A stretch of 64,000 nucleotides of DNA from Acidimicrobiales bacterium (GTDB lineage: Bacteria; Actinomycetota; Acidimicrobiia; Acidimicrobiales; JAKAVM01). The DNA lies in NCBI GenBank assembly GCA_027452005.1, contig DAIDHF010000002.1, forward strand, positions 661 through 64,660, read 5' to 3'. The translations under genes were made by a program, and so were the position numbers. This document shows positions 1-8,613 of this stretch, piece after piece. Every line of letters starts with the position of its first letter. Position 1 is the stretch's first letter. Below the pieces are notes generated by a model. That model saw only the letters and a list, made by a program, of their open reading frames with translations, searched no databases and was not told the origin of the DNA.

Positions 1-251
1 GCCACCAAGACCTCGTCGGGGAGGAGACCGATCCTAGAAACCAGGGTCCCCAAGTAAATATCGGACGTTACCCGGGCCAGGTAACCCAAGATGGCCAGAC
101 CCGATAAGGCGGGTCCCCCGGGTCGGTCGGTCGGCCAGAGGTGGTCAAAGCAAAATATCCCGTCCAGACCTATATGCTGGGCGCGCTTGGCGAAATGGTC
201 CAAATCGTCAATGGGAGTTGTAAATTGCGGAGCGGTAACCCCGACCTTCAC
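1..251 (-). CDS. Luciferase-like (LLM-class) flavin/F420-dependent oxidoreductase, N-terminal part; gene runs off the left edge
   Basis: Absent from the ORF track because it is open at the window edge. My translation of the minus strand from GTG at 251 gives VKVGVTAPQFTTPIDDLDHFAKRAQHIGLDGIFCFDHLWP...LAILGYLARVTSDIYLGTLVSRIGLLP. This fits the LLM TIM-barrel N-terminal pattern (DH..W, T..I.LGT.V). Confidence 0.55.
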   Translation of the reverse strand, partial: MKVGVTAPQFTTPIDDLDHFAKRAQHIGLDGIFCFDHLWPTDRPGGPALSGLAILGYLARVTSDIYLGTLVSRIGLLPDEVLV

Positions 252-349
252 CAGGGCCACCGCAGAAGTGGAACCGACAAGATCACGGTAGAAAAGATAT
301 TGAAGTGAGCCCGTCGGCCCTGGGAGGTCGAGATGGACACGGTTGGTGG

Positions 350-1378
350 TCAGGTCGACAGGGATGACTGGTAAGCAAGCCAGGCCGCCCCGATTGCCCC
401 GGTGAGGTGCCCGAAGGTGGACACGGCTATTGTGATCCGGGGTCTGGTCTTATAGTACTGCATGAGTTCTGCAAAATGAGCCCGAACGGGGTCTAAGAGG
501 ACGTCCCCTGAGAGGGCCGGGCCGCCAGCTATCACGACAAGTTCGAGGTCAAGGGCCGTACACAGGTTGGCCAGGCCTAGGGCGACCCACCTGGCGTACT
601 CGGAGATAACCTGGCCAGCTAAGGGGTCGTTGAGACGGGCGGCCTCGACGATGTTCTCACCGGCCAGGACCTCTCGGGGTCCTCGGGTAAACTTGGCCAG
701 GGCGCTGTGTGGATTTTTGGCCAGGCTCTGGGTACCAAGTCTGGCCAGGGCGTCTCCAGAGGCAAACATCTCCCAGCAGCCCCGCCGGCCACAGGGACAC
801 ATAGGTCCCGTTGGATCCACAATAACGTGTCCGATCTCACCGGCCATGTTGTTGGTTCCCCTCACGAGGGTCCCGTTCAAGACAAATCCGCCCCCGATAC
901 CGGTCCCCAAGACGACCATGGCCCAGTTGTCCACGCCCTGGGCACAGCCCAGGTGGAACTCGCCAAATGTCGCACAGGTTGAGTCGTTCTCGATGACCAG
1001 AGCGGCTGGGGGGCGGGTGAGCTCCCCCAGGCGGGCCTGGAGGGAGTCTTCTACGTTGAACCCGATTAGCTCTCTCAGGTTGGGAGCCCCGATGACCGTC
1101 CCGGTCTCATCGGTCAGGACCGGAACCCCGACCCCGACCGGGAGACCGCTAACTTCAAAGGCGACCACGGTTTCAAGTACCCGTTCAGATAGCCGGGACA
1201 TGTCGTGGGGGGTTCCAAAGGTGTCCTCCCGGAGAACCTTGCCACGGTCTGAGATCAAGACGGCCTTGGCGTTGGTCCCGCCAAAGTCAATTCCCAGGGC
1301 GACCGGGGGACTGAACACGTCGTGGGCGTCCGACGAGGGCAAGTAGGTGGGAGATAGGTGGGCTACTACGTGTGACAC
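350..1378 (-). CDS. ROK-family sugar kinase (glucokinase-like)
   Basis: 342-aa ORF with GTG start. It has the ATP-binding N-terminus LGIDFGGTNAKAVLI, the ROK region GTGIGGGFVLNGTLVRG and the zinc motif GHVIVDPTGPMCPCGRRGCWE. Confidence 0.85.
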   Translation of the reverse strand: MSHVVAHLSPTYLPSSDAHDVFSPPVALGIDFGGTNAKAVLISDRGKVLREDTFGTPHDMSRLSERVLETVVAFEVSGLPVGVGVPVLTDETGTVIGAPNLRELIGFNVEDSLQARLGELTRPPAALVIENDSTCATFGEFHLGCAQGVDNWAMVVLGTGIGGGFVLNGTLVRGTNNMAGEIGHVIVDPTGPMCPCGRRGCWEMFASGDALARLGTQSLAKNPHSALAKFTRGPREVLAGENIVEAARLNDPLAGQVISEYARWVALGLANLCTALDLELVVIAGGPALSGDVLLDPVRAHFAELMQYYKTRPRITIAVSTFGHLTGAIGAAWLAYQSSLST

Positions 1379-1392
1379 ATCGAGGTGATGTA

Positions 1393-1851
1393 TTACGATG
1401 AAGTCGCCCCGGCTTTAGACTCGGCCCGGGTCTTTAGGGACCGCAGGGCGGTAGACAGGATCTTGGACTCGGCCCGCCTCTTTACGAAGGCCGGGAGGGG
1501 TATCTTGAGTTCCACGACCAACTTGTAGACGACCTGGGTGTCCCCGTCGCCAGAGGGCTCAAACACGTAGGCCCCGTCGAGTCTTGAGGTCAAGTCTCCA
1601 TCGCTTTGGACCCAGGAGATCTCTCCGGGGGCCTTGGAGTAGTTGTAATCTAGGGTGTAGTGGTTCGACCGGCCGATTCCGGCGGCCCGGAATTTCACCC
1701 GGGTGGCCCGACCGGACGAGTCCCGAGAGACCACGGTGATCTCCTTGAGGTCTGGGGCCCACTCGTGGTAGGAGTCGAAGTCACTGACAACGTCATAGCA
1801 CACCTGTGGTGGGGCCTTCACGATCATCTTCTGAGAGACTTGATCGGACAT
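1393..1851 (-). CDS. SRPBCC (START/polyketide cyclase-dehydrase-like) family protein
   Basis: 152-aa ORF with an AAGGAGG Shine-Dalgarno just upstream on the minus strand. The N-terminus VKAPPQVCYDVVSDFDSYHEWAP is typical of SRPBCC ligand-binding proteins. Confidence 0.7.
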   Translation of the reverse strand: MSDQVSQKMIVKAPPQVCYDVVSDFDSYHEWAPDLKEITVVSRDSSGRATRVKFRAAGIGRSNHYTLDYNYSKAPGEISWVQSDGDLTSRLDGAYVFEPSGDGDTQVVYKLVVELKIPLPAFVKRRAESKILSTALRSLKTRAESKAGATSS

Positions 1852-1915
1852 GTTCCTCCTTAGTGTTCCTGGGGGGGGTTAGTTGGACTTGTGCGGGGTT
1901 GTCCCGGGGGACGTT

Positions 1916-3067
1916 TCAGGGGTCAAACTCGCCTATCACGTCCGCCAGTTTCCTCGACAGGTAATCGTAGTCGAATTCCTGGACGACTCGGTGCCTGGCG
2001 TGGTTTCCCATGTCGGCTCGCCTTTCGGGGTCTGCCAGGAGTGATCTTATCTTACCAGCCACCTCGATGTGGTCGGATGAGTTTTCTAGAACCAGACCGG
2101 ACTTATCGTGGAGGACGGCCTCGTGGGAGCCCCCACTGGCCCCGGCAATCTGGGGGACCCCACAGGCGGCGGCCTCCAAGAAGACCACCCCGAAACCCTC
2201 CTGTTCGAGGTGGAACCAGCGGTCCCGGCAGGCCATGACGAAGAGGTCACTTGATCCATAAACCTGGGGCAGGGTCTCGTGGGAGATCTCCCCGAGAAAC
2301 CGGACCGGGGCCGAGAGGGAGTTGGCTAGTCTTTCAAGTCTTCCCCGGTCCCGTCCGTCACCACCAATGACCACCTGTAACCCGGGGAACTCCCCCGACA
2401 GGAGGGCCCCGGCACGGATCAGGGTGTCCATCCCCTTGCGCGGGACCAGACGAGACACCGAGGCAACGACCGGTCCGGACTTCGAAAGACCCAGATATCT
2501 TCTCGCTTCAAGCCTGTCTGGAGCGCTCAGGGGGGTAAATCGGGTCGTGTCCACCCCGGGCATGACCACCTTGATCTGGGGAACCATTCCTGGTGAGACC
2601 AGTCGGCTGGCCTCGTTAGCCGGGTAACCCCCGGCTGCAATTACCCCCCTGGCTCGGGCGAACTCACGCCTGATCAACCCGGCGGCCACAGGGAGACGCC
2701 CTGGAACGGTCAACTCGGCCCCGTGGACGATGATCAGGTAGTCGATCCCAACCCGGGATCCAACTAGCCCGAGCGGCAGGGCCGGGTCGTATATGACCAG
2801 GGAGATCCCCCGGGACTTGCAGATCTCAGCAATAGTCCGGGCCAGGGCCGGGGTTGGGAGGAGGACCCTTTGGGGGACCCGGGTAATGGATATCGGGGAG
2901 TTCCTGTCAAAGTCATCTGCCCCGGAATATGAGGTCGTGAGAACGTGGGTCGTCTCAGCGGGTAGACGTCTCCAGAGTTCCCACAGGTAGGTCTGGATCC
3001 CCCCGGTCTTGGGAGGAAAGTCGTTGGTAACCAGGAGGTGGCTCACCGGGCCTCCATCAGCTTGCAA
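1916..3067 (-). CDS. GT4 glycosyltransferase, PimB'-like mannosyltransferase
   Basis: 383-aa ORF. It has LLVTNDFPPKTGGIQTYLWEL at the N-terminus and the GT-B donor-binding region EGFGVVFLEAAACGVPQIAGASGGSHEAV. An alternative GTG start at 3046 makes a GTGA overlap with the queG stop. Confidence 0.8.
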   Translation of the reverse strand: MQADGGPVSHLLVTNDFPPKTGGIQTYLWELWRRLPAETTHVLTTSYSGADDFDRNSPISITRVPQRVLLPTPALARTIAEICKSRGISLVIYDPALPLGLVGSRVGIDYLIIVHGAELTVPGRLPVAAGLIRREFARARGVIAAGGYPANEASRLVSPGMVPQIKVVMPGVDTTRFTPLSAPDRLEARRYLGLSKSGPVVASVSRLVPRKGMDTLIRAGALLSGEFPGLQVVIGGDGRDRGRLERLANSLSAPVRFLGEISHETLPQVYGSSDLFVMACRDRWFHLEQEGFGVVFLEAAACGVPQIAGASGGSHEAVLHDKSGLVLENSSDHIEVAGKIRSLLADPERRADMGNHARHRVVQEFDYDYLSRKLADVIGEFDP

Positions 3068-4227
3068 GCCCAGCTGGCGTGCTCTGAAAGAACCGGGTCA
3101 GGGTCCCTGATGTATTTGAGCACGGTCTTTTTGACCTGGTCATCTGACCACGAGCCACAGTTACCCAGGGCGATTAGGGCGTTTCGTCTGACGTATTTGG
3201 GGTCCCGATTTGCAATGTACCAGGCCCCGAACCTGTCGAGTATCTGAGTATCTGACAACGATAGGATCTCGAGTAGGTCGACCTGGCCGGGAGCATTGAG
3301 AGTATCTAACCGAGAGCTAGACTGGGTAGTATGTCGTTGTCGAAAGCTATCTTCTCGGCCAAGTACCCGGACGTCTTGTCGAGTGTCTTCTCGGGCCATC
3401 TCCCCGGCCTGTTCACGGGCCAGCTGCCCGGTCCTGACCCGGTTGGGCGGGCAGACCTCTTGACATGTGTCACACCCGTATATCCGGGTTCCGAGGGCTA
3501 CTCTAAACTCCTCGGGGAAGCTACCCGAGGCCTGCAATAGCCAGGCCAGGCACCGGTTGGCGTCAACCACCCCCGGAGCGACAATGGCCTGGGTGGGACA
3601 CCCTTGAAGACATCTGGTACACGGACCACACCGGTCAGCTACCCGGGCTGTGTCGGGAGCCAGGTGTGCATCAGTCAAGATAGAGCCAATCACGAAATAG
3701 GAGCCGAATCCGGGAATCAGGAGCATGGAGTTCTTTCCAAACCATCCGATCCCGCCACGATATGCTACGGCACGGTCAACCAGGGCGTTCTCGTCACACA
3801 CGATCTGGGTCTTGTGACCCGAGTCCTCAAGTACCCGGGCAATTGTTGTGAGCTTGTCTTTGAGATCTCGGTAGTAGTTGGCCTTGGCATACCGGGCAAC
3901 CTGTCCAGAGTATCTTGGGAAACTCCTCTGGGAGCTACCCCCGGAGTCGTATCCGAGGGCACCTACACAGATCGCACGCACGCTGTCCATGGTCGCCGAG
4001 GGGTTAGTAGAGCGCGCAGGGTTGCGATAGGTGAACTGCATGGACCCGTTGAGTCCCTGGGCCTTGCGGGTCTCTAGGTCTCGCCTAGTGGACTCAAAGG
4101 GTTCCGGGGTGGTAATTGAAAAGCCAACCAGCCCCTCTCTCCGGGCGGCTTCGCGGAGTTCTTCTTCTAGGCTAGCTGGTCGATCAAGAACCTGGAGAGA
4201 TCTCTTCAATTCCGTTACCGTGTCCAC
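3043..4227 (-). CDS. queG: Epoxyqueuosine reductase (tRNA epoxyqueuosine(34) reductase)
   Basis: 394-aa ORF with two ferredoxin-type motifs, CGPCTRCLQGCPTQAI and CDTCQEVCPPN. The C-terminus is HEAT-like (RRNALIALGN...). Confidence 0.85.
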   Translation of the reverse strand: MDTVTELKRSLQVLDRPASLEEELREAARREGLVGFSITTPEPFESTRRDLETRKAQGLNGSMQFTYRNPARSTNPSATMDSVRAICVGALGYDSGGSSQRSFPRYSGQVARYAKANYYRDLKDKLTTIARVLEDSGHKTQIVCDENALVDRAVAYRGGIGWFGKNSMLLIPGFGSYFVIGSILTDAHLAPDTARVADRCGPCTRCLQGCPTQAIVAPGVVDANRCLAWLLQASGSFPEEFRVALGTRIYGCDTCQEVCPPNRVRTGQLAREQAGEMAREDTRQDVRVLGREDSFRQRHTTQSSSRLDTLNAPGQVDLLEILSLSDTQILDRFGAWYIANRDPKYVRRNALIALGNCGSWSDDQVKKTVLKYIRDPDPVLSEHASWACKLMEAR

Positions 4228-4402
4228 ACCACCTACAAATAACCGAGTCGATCAACTCAGACAGGATAACCTCGTCGGTCACGTCTAGGTCTCCTCCGAC
4301 GCTGTAGTGGTAATAGGCCTTGGTCTGGCGAGTAGCCGTCACGTCGAATCGGGTCAGGTTCCCACACGAGTTGCACCTGTACCGCCTGTCGCTGTGTCCC
4401 AT
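4184..4402 (-). CDS. Small zinc-ribbon protein (conserved hypothetical)
   Basis: 72-aa ORF with two CxxC pairs (CNSCGN ... CRWCGHG). Its 3' end overlaps the annotated queG start by 44 nt. Confidence 0.55.
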   Translation of the reverse strand: MGHSDRRYRCNSCGNLTRFDVTATRQTKAYYHYSVGGDLDVTDEVILSELIDSVICRWCGHGNGIEEISPGS

Positions 4403-4825
4403 TGCGCTTCAATCCTTCAACTGGTCTGTTCATAGGGGGATGTTCACCTAAAAGCTAACTGGGACACGGGACTTGAGACAAGTCTCAAACGCGCCTAACC
4501 GCTTCCAATACTTCTAAAGGCAAATGCGCTCGATTGGATTCCATTCACTTTAGCAGGTTTCAGCGTTATCTCCTGGTCTCCCACGTGGCGTCGTCGGCTT
4601 TTGGTCGAGAAGATCTACCGCGGCAAGCGGGGTAAGGCGCTGTGTTTGCTGGCTGGCCGGCCCATCGTCCGCCTGATGATCGTTCCGTGGTGAGAACTGG
4701 CCGAGACGAACTCTCTGGCAACCCTACCTGGGCGACCAGAGGCATACCGTGGATCAGTACCCAAGTACCGGGTATCGGTACCTTACGCGAACCGTTGGAA
4801 GCGGGCTAGCAACCCTGAGTCAGTG

Positions 4826-5272
4826 CTAAGCGCTCGAAGTTGCCTGTTGATCGGCGGCGACGACTAGGGCGGCGACGATCTCGGGGTAGACCCGTAGCAG
4901 TTTGCGTCGCACCAGGCTGCCAATGAGCGTCTTGTCCCAGGATGCGGCCCAGCAGATCGAGGTGCCACCGGTAGAAGTTGGCGTCAAGGTCACTTCCGCC
5001 CGGTAGTTCTTCACCGGGATGCCGCTCACCACCGTGTAGGCGATGCGTCGGAACTCGTCGATCTCCAAGATCTGCTCTACGCTCGTCGTGCGCCGACCGT
5101 AGCGGAACCACTGGATCGAGCCCTCGTGCGACGGGCCAGGAGAAGATGGCCGGTAGCCTCCGTCGTTCCACGGGCCCCACTGGGGAAAGGTGTTTGCGTT
5201 GGCCACGAGGGACCACACGACCTCGGGTGCGACTCGGGTCGTCCCCTCGGCTTGTACCATCAGCTGGCTCAT
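4826..5272 (-). CDS. SRPBCC family protein (second paralogue in the window)
   Basis: 148-aa ORF. MSQLMVQAEGTTRVAPEVVWSLVANANTFPQWGPW fits the SRPBCC N-terminus. The longer overlapping 209-aa ORF (4806-5435) is Arg-rich and is a shadow frame. Confidence 0.65.
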   Translation of the reverse strand: MSQLMVQAEGTTRVAPEVVWSLVANANTFPQWGPWNDGGYRPSSPGPSHEGSIQWFRYGRRTTSVEQILEIDEFRRIAYTVVSGIPVKNYRAEVTLTPTSTGGTSICWAASWDKTLIGSLVRRKLLRVYPEIVAALVVAADQQATSSA

Positions 5273-5374
5273 GTTGCATGCCTCCTCGATGTACTAGATG
5301 ATACGTGTATTCCATGGTACGGTCTGCTGTGGCCGACTCGCAATCCCGGGACCGCTTGAAAGACTGCGGAAGAT

Positions 5375-5430
5375 AGTGACGTCCTCTGATGGCTGAAGCC
5401 GCCAGTCCCCTCGGGGTAACTTGATGGGCA
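5375..5430. repeat. Dispersed repeat, copy A (hybrid of copies B and C)
   Basis: Sequence: AGTGACGTCCTCTGATGGCTGAAGCCGCCAGTCCCCTCGGGGTAACTTGATGGGC. The first 31 nt match 7417-7447 with one mismatch. Nt 12-54 match 7583-7625 at 37/43. Confidence 0.75.
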
Positions 5431-5485
5431 GACACTCGCCCACCCGGCGTTCCTCCTGGTACATCAGCGGGGAGTTGAAATACCT

Positions 5486-6577
5486 GTGATGCTCTTTTCT
5501 GAACGTTGGCAAAATTATTCTCATAGTGACTTGGATGATCTGCCTACTTATCCGAGGGTTGTAGAAATTCCAGAAGGCCTCCTATTCCTGGTCGAAAGCA
5601 GGAAGAAGCGGGTTGGACCGTGGTCAGAACGGGCAATAATCCTGAGCCACGATCCAAAATATCCTCAAAAGATTGGCACTCAGGTTTTGCCGAGCCGCGA
5701 TGGGATTACTCGTGTTGTGAGTACTTTACGATCACCAAGCCGTGTCCCCGTTCGAATTCGTGAGACCAGCTCCGCCTGCTATGCAGAGATATGGTCCTCA
5801 CAAGAGCTTGACTGGGTGTGCGCTGTCGAACTCAAACCTGGGTGTCGAGCAGCTTCGCTTCTTCCGTATGCTAACGACCGTGCCCTAGCGATAGGTGGAT
5901 TGGGGCATGCGCCAGCTGAGAACCCCTTCCCTAGCTCTGAGGTGGTTGATATCAACTTTTCCGACTGCACGACTACCGTGCTAACGCCATTCCCGCAACC
6001 AATCATCAGAGCACATGCTTTCTTGCTTCCTTCCCACCAAGTTTTCTTACTAGGTGGAATGTCGCATTATACCCGAGAAGAAATTCCTGAACAGCAACAA
6101 ACCTTTATTGCTTCCCCTCCTTTTGACCACTGGGATACCGCCGATGTCCCCGGCATCGGGCGTAATGGCCCAATAATTGCACAAGTGCATGACGGTGACA
6201 TACTCATCGCCGGCGGGGGAGATGGCGTACAAGAACAAGCCACCAATAGCTGCCGGTTGTATAGTGCCACCAAGAATACCTGGCAAGATCTAGCGCCGTC
6301 TTTAAACCCACGAACTTTCGCTGGCCATGTGGTCATTGGGAATTCGGTCGTAGTTGTCGGGGGTACTTCTCGGGGCTACGAATGGGTGCAGGATGCCATG
6401 TCGGTCGCAGAGGTCTATGACGGGGATAGTGATACGTGGTCGACTCTGCCGTCTCTGAACCGTGAGCGAATGTGCCCAACCGTCGCGTGGCTGGACAATG
6501 TAGGGGTCATCGTTGCGGGAGGAGTTGGAAGACAAGGAAGCGGCGTTACTAGTATCGAGATTTTGGCCGAGAGCTAG
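5486..6577 (+). CDS. Kelch-repeat (beta-propeller) protein
   Basis: 363-aa ORF with about 5-6 units of ~47 aa. Each unit carries a GG doublet (LAIGGLGH, VFLLGGMSH, ILIAGGGDG, VVVVGGTSRG, VIVAGGVG) and a Trp segment (NTWQDLAPSLNPRTFAGH, DTWSTLPSLNRERMCP). Confidence 0.7.
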   Translation: MMLFSERWQNYSHSDLDDLPTYPRVVEIPEGLLFLVESRKKRVGPWSERAIILSHDPKYPQKIGTQVLPSRDGITRVVSTLRSPSRVPVRIRETSSACYAEIWSSQELDWVCAVELKPGCRAASLLPYANDRALAIGGLGHAPAENPFPSSEVVDINFSDCTTTVLTPFPQPIIRAHAFLLPSHQVFLLGGMSHYTREEIPEQQQTFIASPPFDHWDTADVPGIGRNGPIIAQVHDGDILIAGGGDGVQEQATNSCRLYSATKNTWQDLAPSLNPRTFAGHVVIGNSVVVVGGTSRGYEWVQDAMSVAEVYDGDSDTWSTLPSLNRERMCPTVAWLDNVGVIVAGGVGRQGSGVTSIEILAES

Positions 6578-6580
6578 TTT

Positions 6581-6784
6581 GTGGATTTCCAACTTCGATC
6601 TAGGCAGATGACCTGCAATGAGGACGATGACCACCAGGGACCCTATCTACCAATTGATATTCCGAAGATAAGCTTTCGGGCAAAAACAATTGTGCACGCC
6701 TTCAAGATGAAGGTACCTCGAACCGGGTTGACATTGCTTCTTGGTCCGATCGGATGTGATCCTAAAGCAACCCTCCTGGCCTAG
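6581..6784 (+). pseudogene. Possible relic of an ABC-transporter ATPase N-terminus
   Basis: The tail of this 67-aa ORF reads ISFRAKTIVHAFKMKVPRTGLTLLLGPIGCDPKATLLA followed by a stop. It resembles the ABC N-terminus with a decayed Walker A (LLGPNGAGKSTLL). No remainder of the gene follows. Confidence 0.3.
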
Positions 6785-6801
6785 TCAGTGGGCCTCCGCG
6801 G

Positions 6802-7305
6802 CTACGCTGGCGTACGATCAAACACCGTGAATACCCACCCTGCCATCGCTCCAAATATCCAGTAACCCACAAAAAACACACTTAGATGCGCCAAGACTGC
6901 CGCGACCAATTGCGCAAGCCCAACACACAGATATATACGGCGCATTATCGACACCTTGTGAGCCGCAATCATGAATCGATTTGACAAGTACCACGGCCGA
7001 GTACTGTCGGAATTCCTCCGGATAGAATCAAACTTGATCAACAACCCATACCAGGTAGTAGTAAACAACACCGCTATGCCGGCCCAAAGCAAAAACATTG
7101 TGGAATTGTGGGACACAGTCCCGGCCCCAACTGCGCAACCTATCCCACCAACCGCCAACATCACCGTCATCGCCGTAGGCTCCACCCAACTAAGGCCCCA
7201 CCCAACTGGCGTAACAATTATTTTCCAAACTGCTCTGTCTAATCGCCCGAATGATACCTGAGACAAATTAGACAAATCCGATTTTACCCACGTCACTACA
7301 AACAC
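6802..7305 (-). CDS. Hypothetical integral membrane protein (about 4 TM helices)
   Basis: 167-aa ORF with four long hydrophobic stretches (for example AMTVMLAVGGIGCAVGAG, FLLWAGIAVLFTTTWYGLLI, IYLCVGLAQLVAAVLAHLSVFFVGYWIFGAMAGWVF). I recognise no family motif. Confidence 0.5.
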   Translation of the reverse strand: MFVVTWVKSDLSNLSQVSFGRLDRAVWKIIVTPVGWGLSWVEPTAMTVMLAVGGIGCAVGAGTVSHNSTMFLLWAGIAVLFTTTWYGLLIKFDSIRRNSDSTRPWYLSNRFMIAAHKVSIMRRIYLCVGLAQLVAAVLAHLSVFFVGYWIFGAMAGWVFTVFDRTPA

Positions 7306-7416
7306 CTCTCAATAATCAACAGACCCAGTATTTTAGTACAACGCTTCTCTTGATCACTTCTAATAGATTCCCTAAAGTGCCAGACCCCTACCATAAAGAT
7401 ATTTTGAGATTCCCTC

Positions 7417-7447
7417 AGTGACGTCCTCTGATGGCTGAAGCCACCAG
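7417..7447. repeat. Dispersed repeat, copy B (5' half)
   Basis: AGTGACGTCCTCTGATGGCTGAAGCCACCAG is 30/31 identical to the start of copy A. It then diverges into its own hairpin, CCAGC-TTCCT-GCTGG. Confidence 0.75.
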
Positions 7448-7582
7448 CTTCCTGCTGGCCTCTACCAGAGAGCTCTTCTCAGCCATTCCCCGAGAGGCGC
7501 TTGAAGGACCCGTCCAATCCCGTTGCGATCCACTATATACCTCGGGTGTGACACAGAGCGTCGAGGCTTGGTCCCGAGTCCC

Positions 7583-7625
7583 CTGACGGCTGAAGCCGCC
7601 AGTCCCCTCGGGGCGTTCTGATGGG
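7583..7625. repeat. Dispersed repeat, copy C (3' half)
   Basis: CTGACGGCTGAAGCCGCCAGTCCCCTCGGGGCGTTCTGATGGG is 37/43 identical to 5386-5428. Confidence 0.75.
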
Positions 7626-7696
7626 TGATGTCGCACCACAGCAGTTGGTGCCGTCCCGGGTACCTAAATCGGGATGCTAGTTGACGAGACCTATCC

Positions 7697-8490
7697 CGTT
7701 GCCTCATGTAAAATCCTCCGCCTAGGGTAATTCGTTGCCTCATGAAAAATCTCCGCCTAGATCGATGAGTTGAAGGTCCTATTTACTGGGACTTTTACTG
7801 GAGCCGGGGCTTTGGACAGGGCCATTCGTTCTAGTTGGGTCCTAAGACCTTGGATCTTGCGGTACAGATCTCCGGGCTGGATGGTATCCATGACCTTCTT
7901 CATGGTTTGGCGTTGCGCTTTAGTGATGTTGCCTTGAGCGAGGGGGTTGTCTCCGGTCGTGATCTTGTGAAGGTGATTTTGTGTTCCTTGCAGTAGTTGA
8001 ACAGGTGTGCGTTGATGAACTCAGAACCGTTGATCTCGACAAAACCTGGCTTGTTCTCGTTGCATTCAACCCAGGTCTTGATCGGGATCTGTGATTTGAG
8101 CAAGGTGCCAGTCTCTTGCCAGCAGAGGTACAGAGAGCGTCCAACACGTTGTAAGGCAAACAATCACCTGAGACCCGTATTTTGGAGTTCTGGGTTTCCG
8201 TGGCTTTAGAATCTTGAGCGTCCCAGCCCCTATCAGGGCCGCTCTTGCATGATCGCGATGCCAGCCAGTGAGATCGACCAGCTCATTGAGGATCCTGGTT
8301 TTTTCCGACCTGGTCGCACGGCTGTAGGCAACTGCCTTTTTCTGGGTTACAGCTTTTCTTTGACTCATTAATAGCTCCATGGATTCAGGCATAACCCACC
8401 CCGTCACCATCCGTCGATTCCGGCTCAAAGCGGAGATTCTCAGGTGAGGCAACGTATGGGATTACGCGGAGGTTTTTAATCAGTCAAGGT
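7697..8490 (-). mobile_element. Decayed insertion sequence, about 0.8 kb left, with recognisable subterminal repeats at both ends
   Basis: One end carries two direct ~28-bp repeats, CGTTGCCTCATG(T)AAAAT(C)CTCCGCCTAG, at 7697-7725 and 7733-7760 (36-bp period). The other end has the same motif in inverted orientation at 8430-8454 (GCGGAGATTCTCAGGTGAGGCAACG) and 8463-8483 (TACGCGGAGGTTTTTAATCAG). A broken transposase gene lies between them. Confidence 0.7.
7757..8368 (-). pseudogene. DDE (rve/integrase-core) transposase, internally deleted and frameshifted
   Basis: Pieces lie in at least four frames.
- N-terminus from ATG 8368: MSQRKAVTQKKAVAYSRATRSEKTRILNELVDLTGWHRDHARAAL...PRKPRTPKYG
- then ...LDALCTSAGKRLAP
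- then ...KPGFVEINGSEFINAHLFNYCKEHKITFTRSRP
- my translation of the tail: NITKAQRQTMKKVMDTIQPGDLYRKIQGLRTQLERMALSKAPAPVKVPVNRTFNSSI, with the stop at 7757-7759
The catalytic core between GFVEI and NGSEF is missing. Confidence 0.75.
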
Positions 8491-8497
8491 CTTGACA

Positions 8498-8542
8498 TTG
8501 ATTTAGTGCTTACTATAAACTTATAGCACTATCTAAATCAAT
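8498..8542. repeat. AT-rich imperfect palindrome between the IS end and the ATPase gene
   Basis: ATTGATTTAGTGCT-tactataaacttat-AGCACTatctAAATCAAT. The arms pair as 6 + 8 bp with a 4-nt bulge, and the centre has an ATAA/TTAT inner stem. It ends 72 bp upstream of the 8614 start. Confidence 0.5.
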
Positions 8543-8613
8543 AGGAGAGACTAACCATAACTCAACCAGGAACGCAGAAATTCGAGAATCCCTACCGACC
8601 TGGGGCTGGGCAG

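Noticed and set aside
567-1346. 259-aa plus-strand ORF, together with many similar 60-170-aa ORFs inside longer genes (for example 1891-2238, 3604-4077, 10467-10946, 11628-12152, 17709-18146, 62129-62539)
   Set aside because: These are shadow frames of well-supported genes on the other strand or frame. Their composition is Arg/Pro/Ser-rich and they carry no motifs.
4588-4619. Shared GCGTCGTCGGCT ... AGATCTACC between 4588-4619 and 28750-28776
   Set aside because: This is only a 12-mer plus a 9-mer, with different spacing (11 versus 6 nt). Exact 12-mers are expected by chance many times in 64 kb. The combination is suggestive but too short to call a repeat family.
5375-5430. Possible self-cleaving ribozyme (hammerhead CUGAUGA or twister-like AAGC.GCC) in the dispersed repeat
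   Set aside because: The core reads CUGAUGG, not CUGAUGA. There is no GAAA segment in the right place, and the twister conserved blocks are not all present. It is kept only as an unclassified repeat.
4806-7743. Three ORFs (4806-5435, 7415-7639, 7462-7743) sharing the peptide RGLAASA(I/V)RG, which looked like a small protein family
   Set aside because: The shared peptide is the dispersed DNA repeat read on the minus strand. The rest of each ORF is Arg/Pro-rich shadow sequence, and the copies are in different reading contexts.
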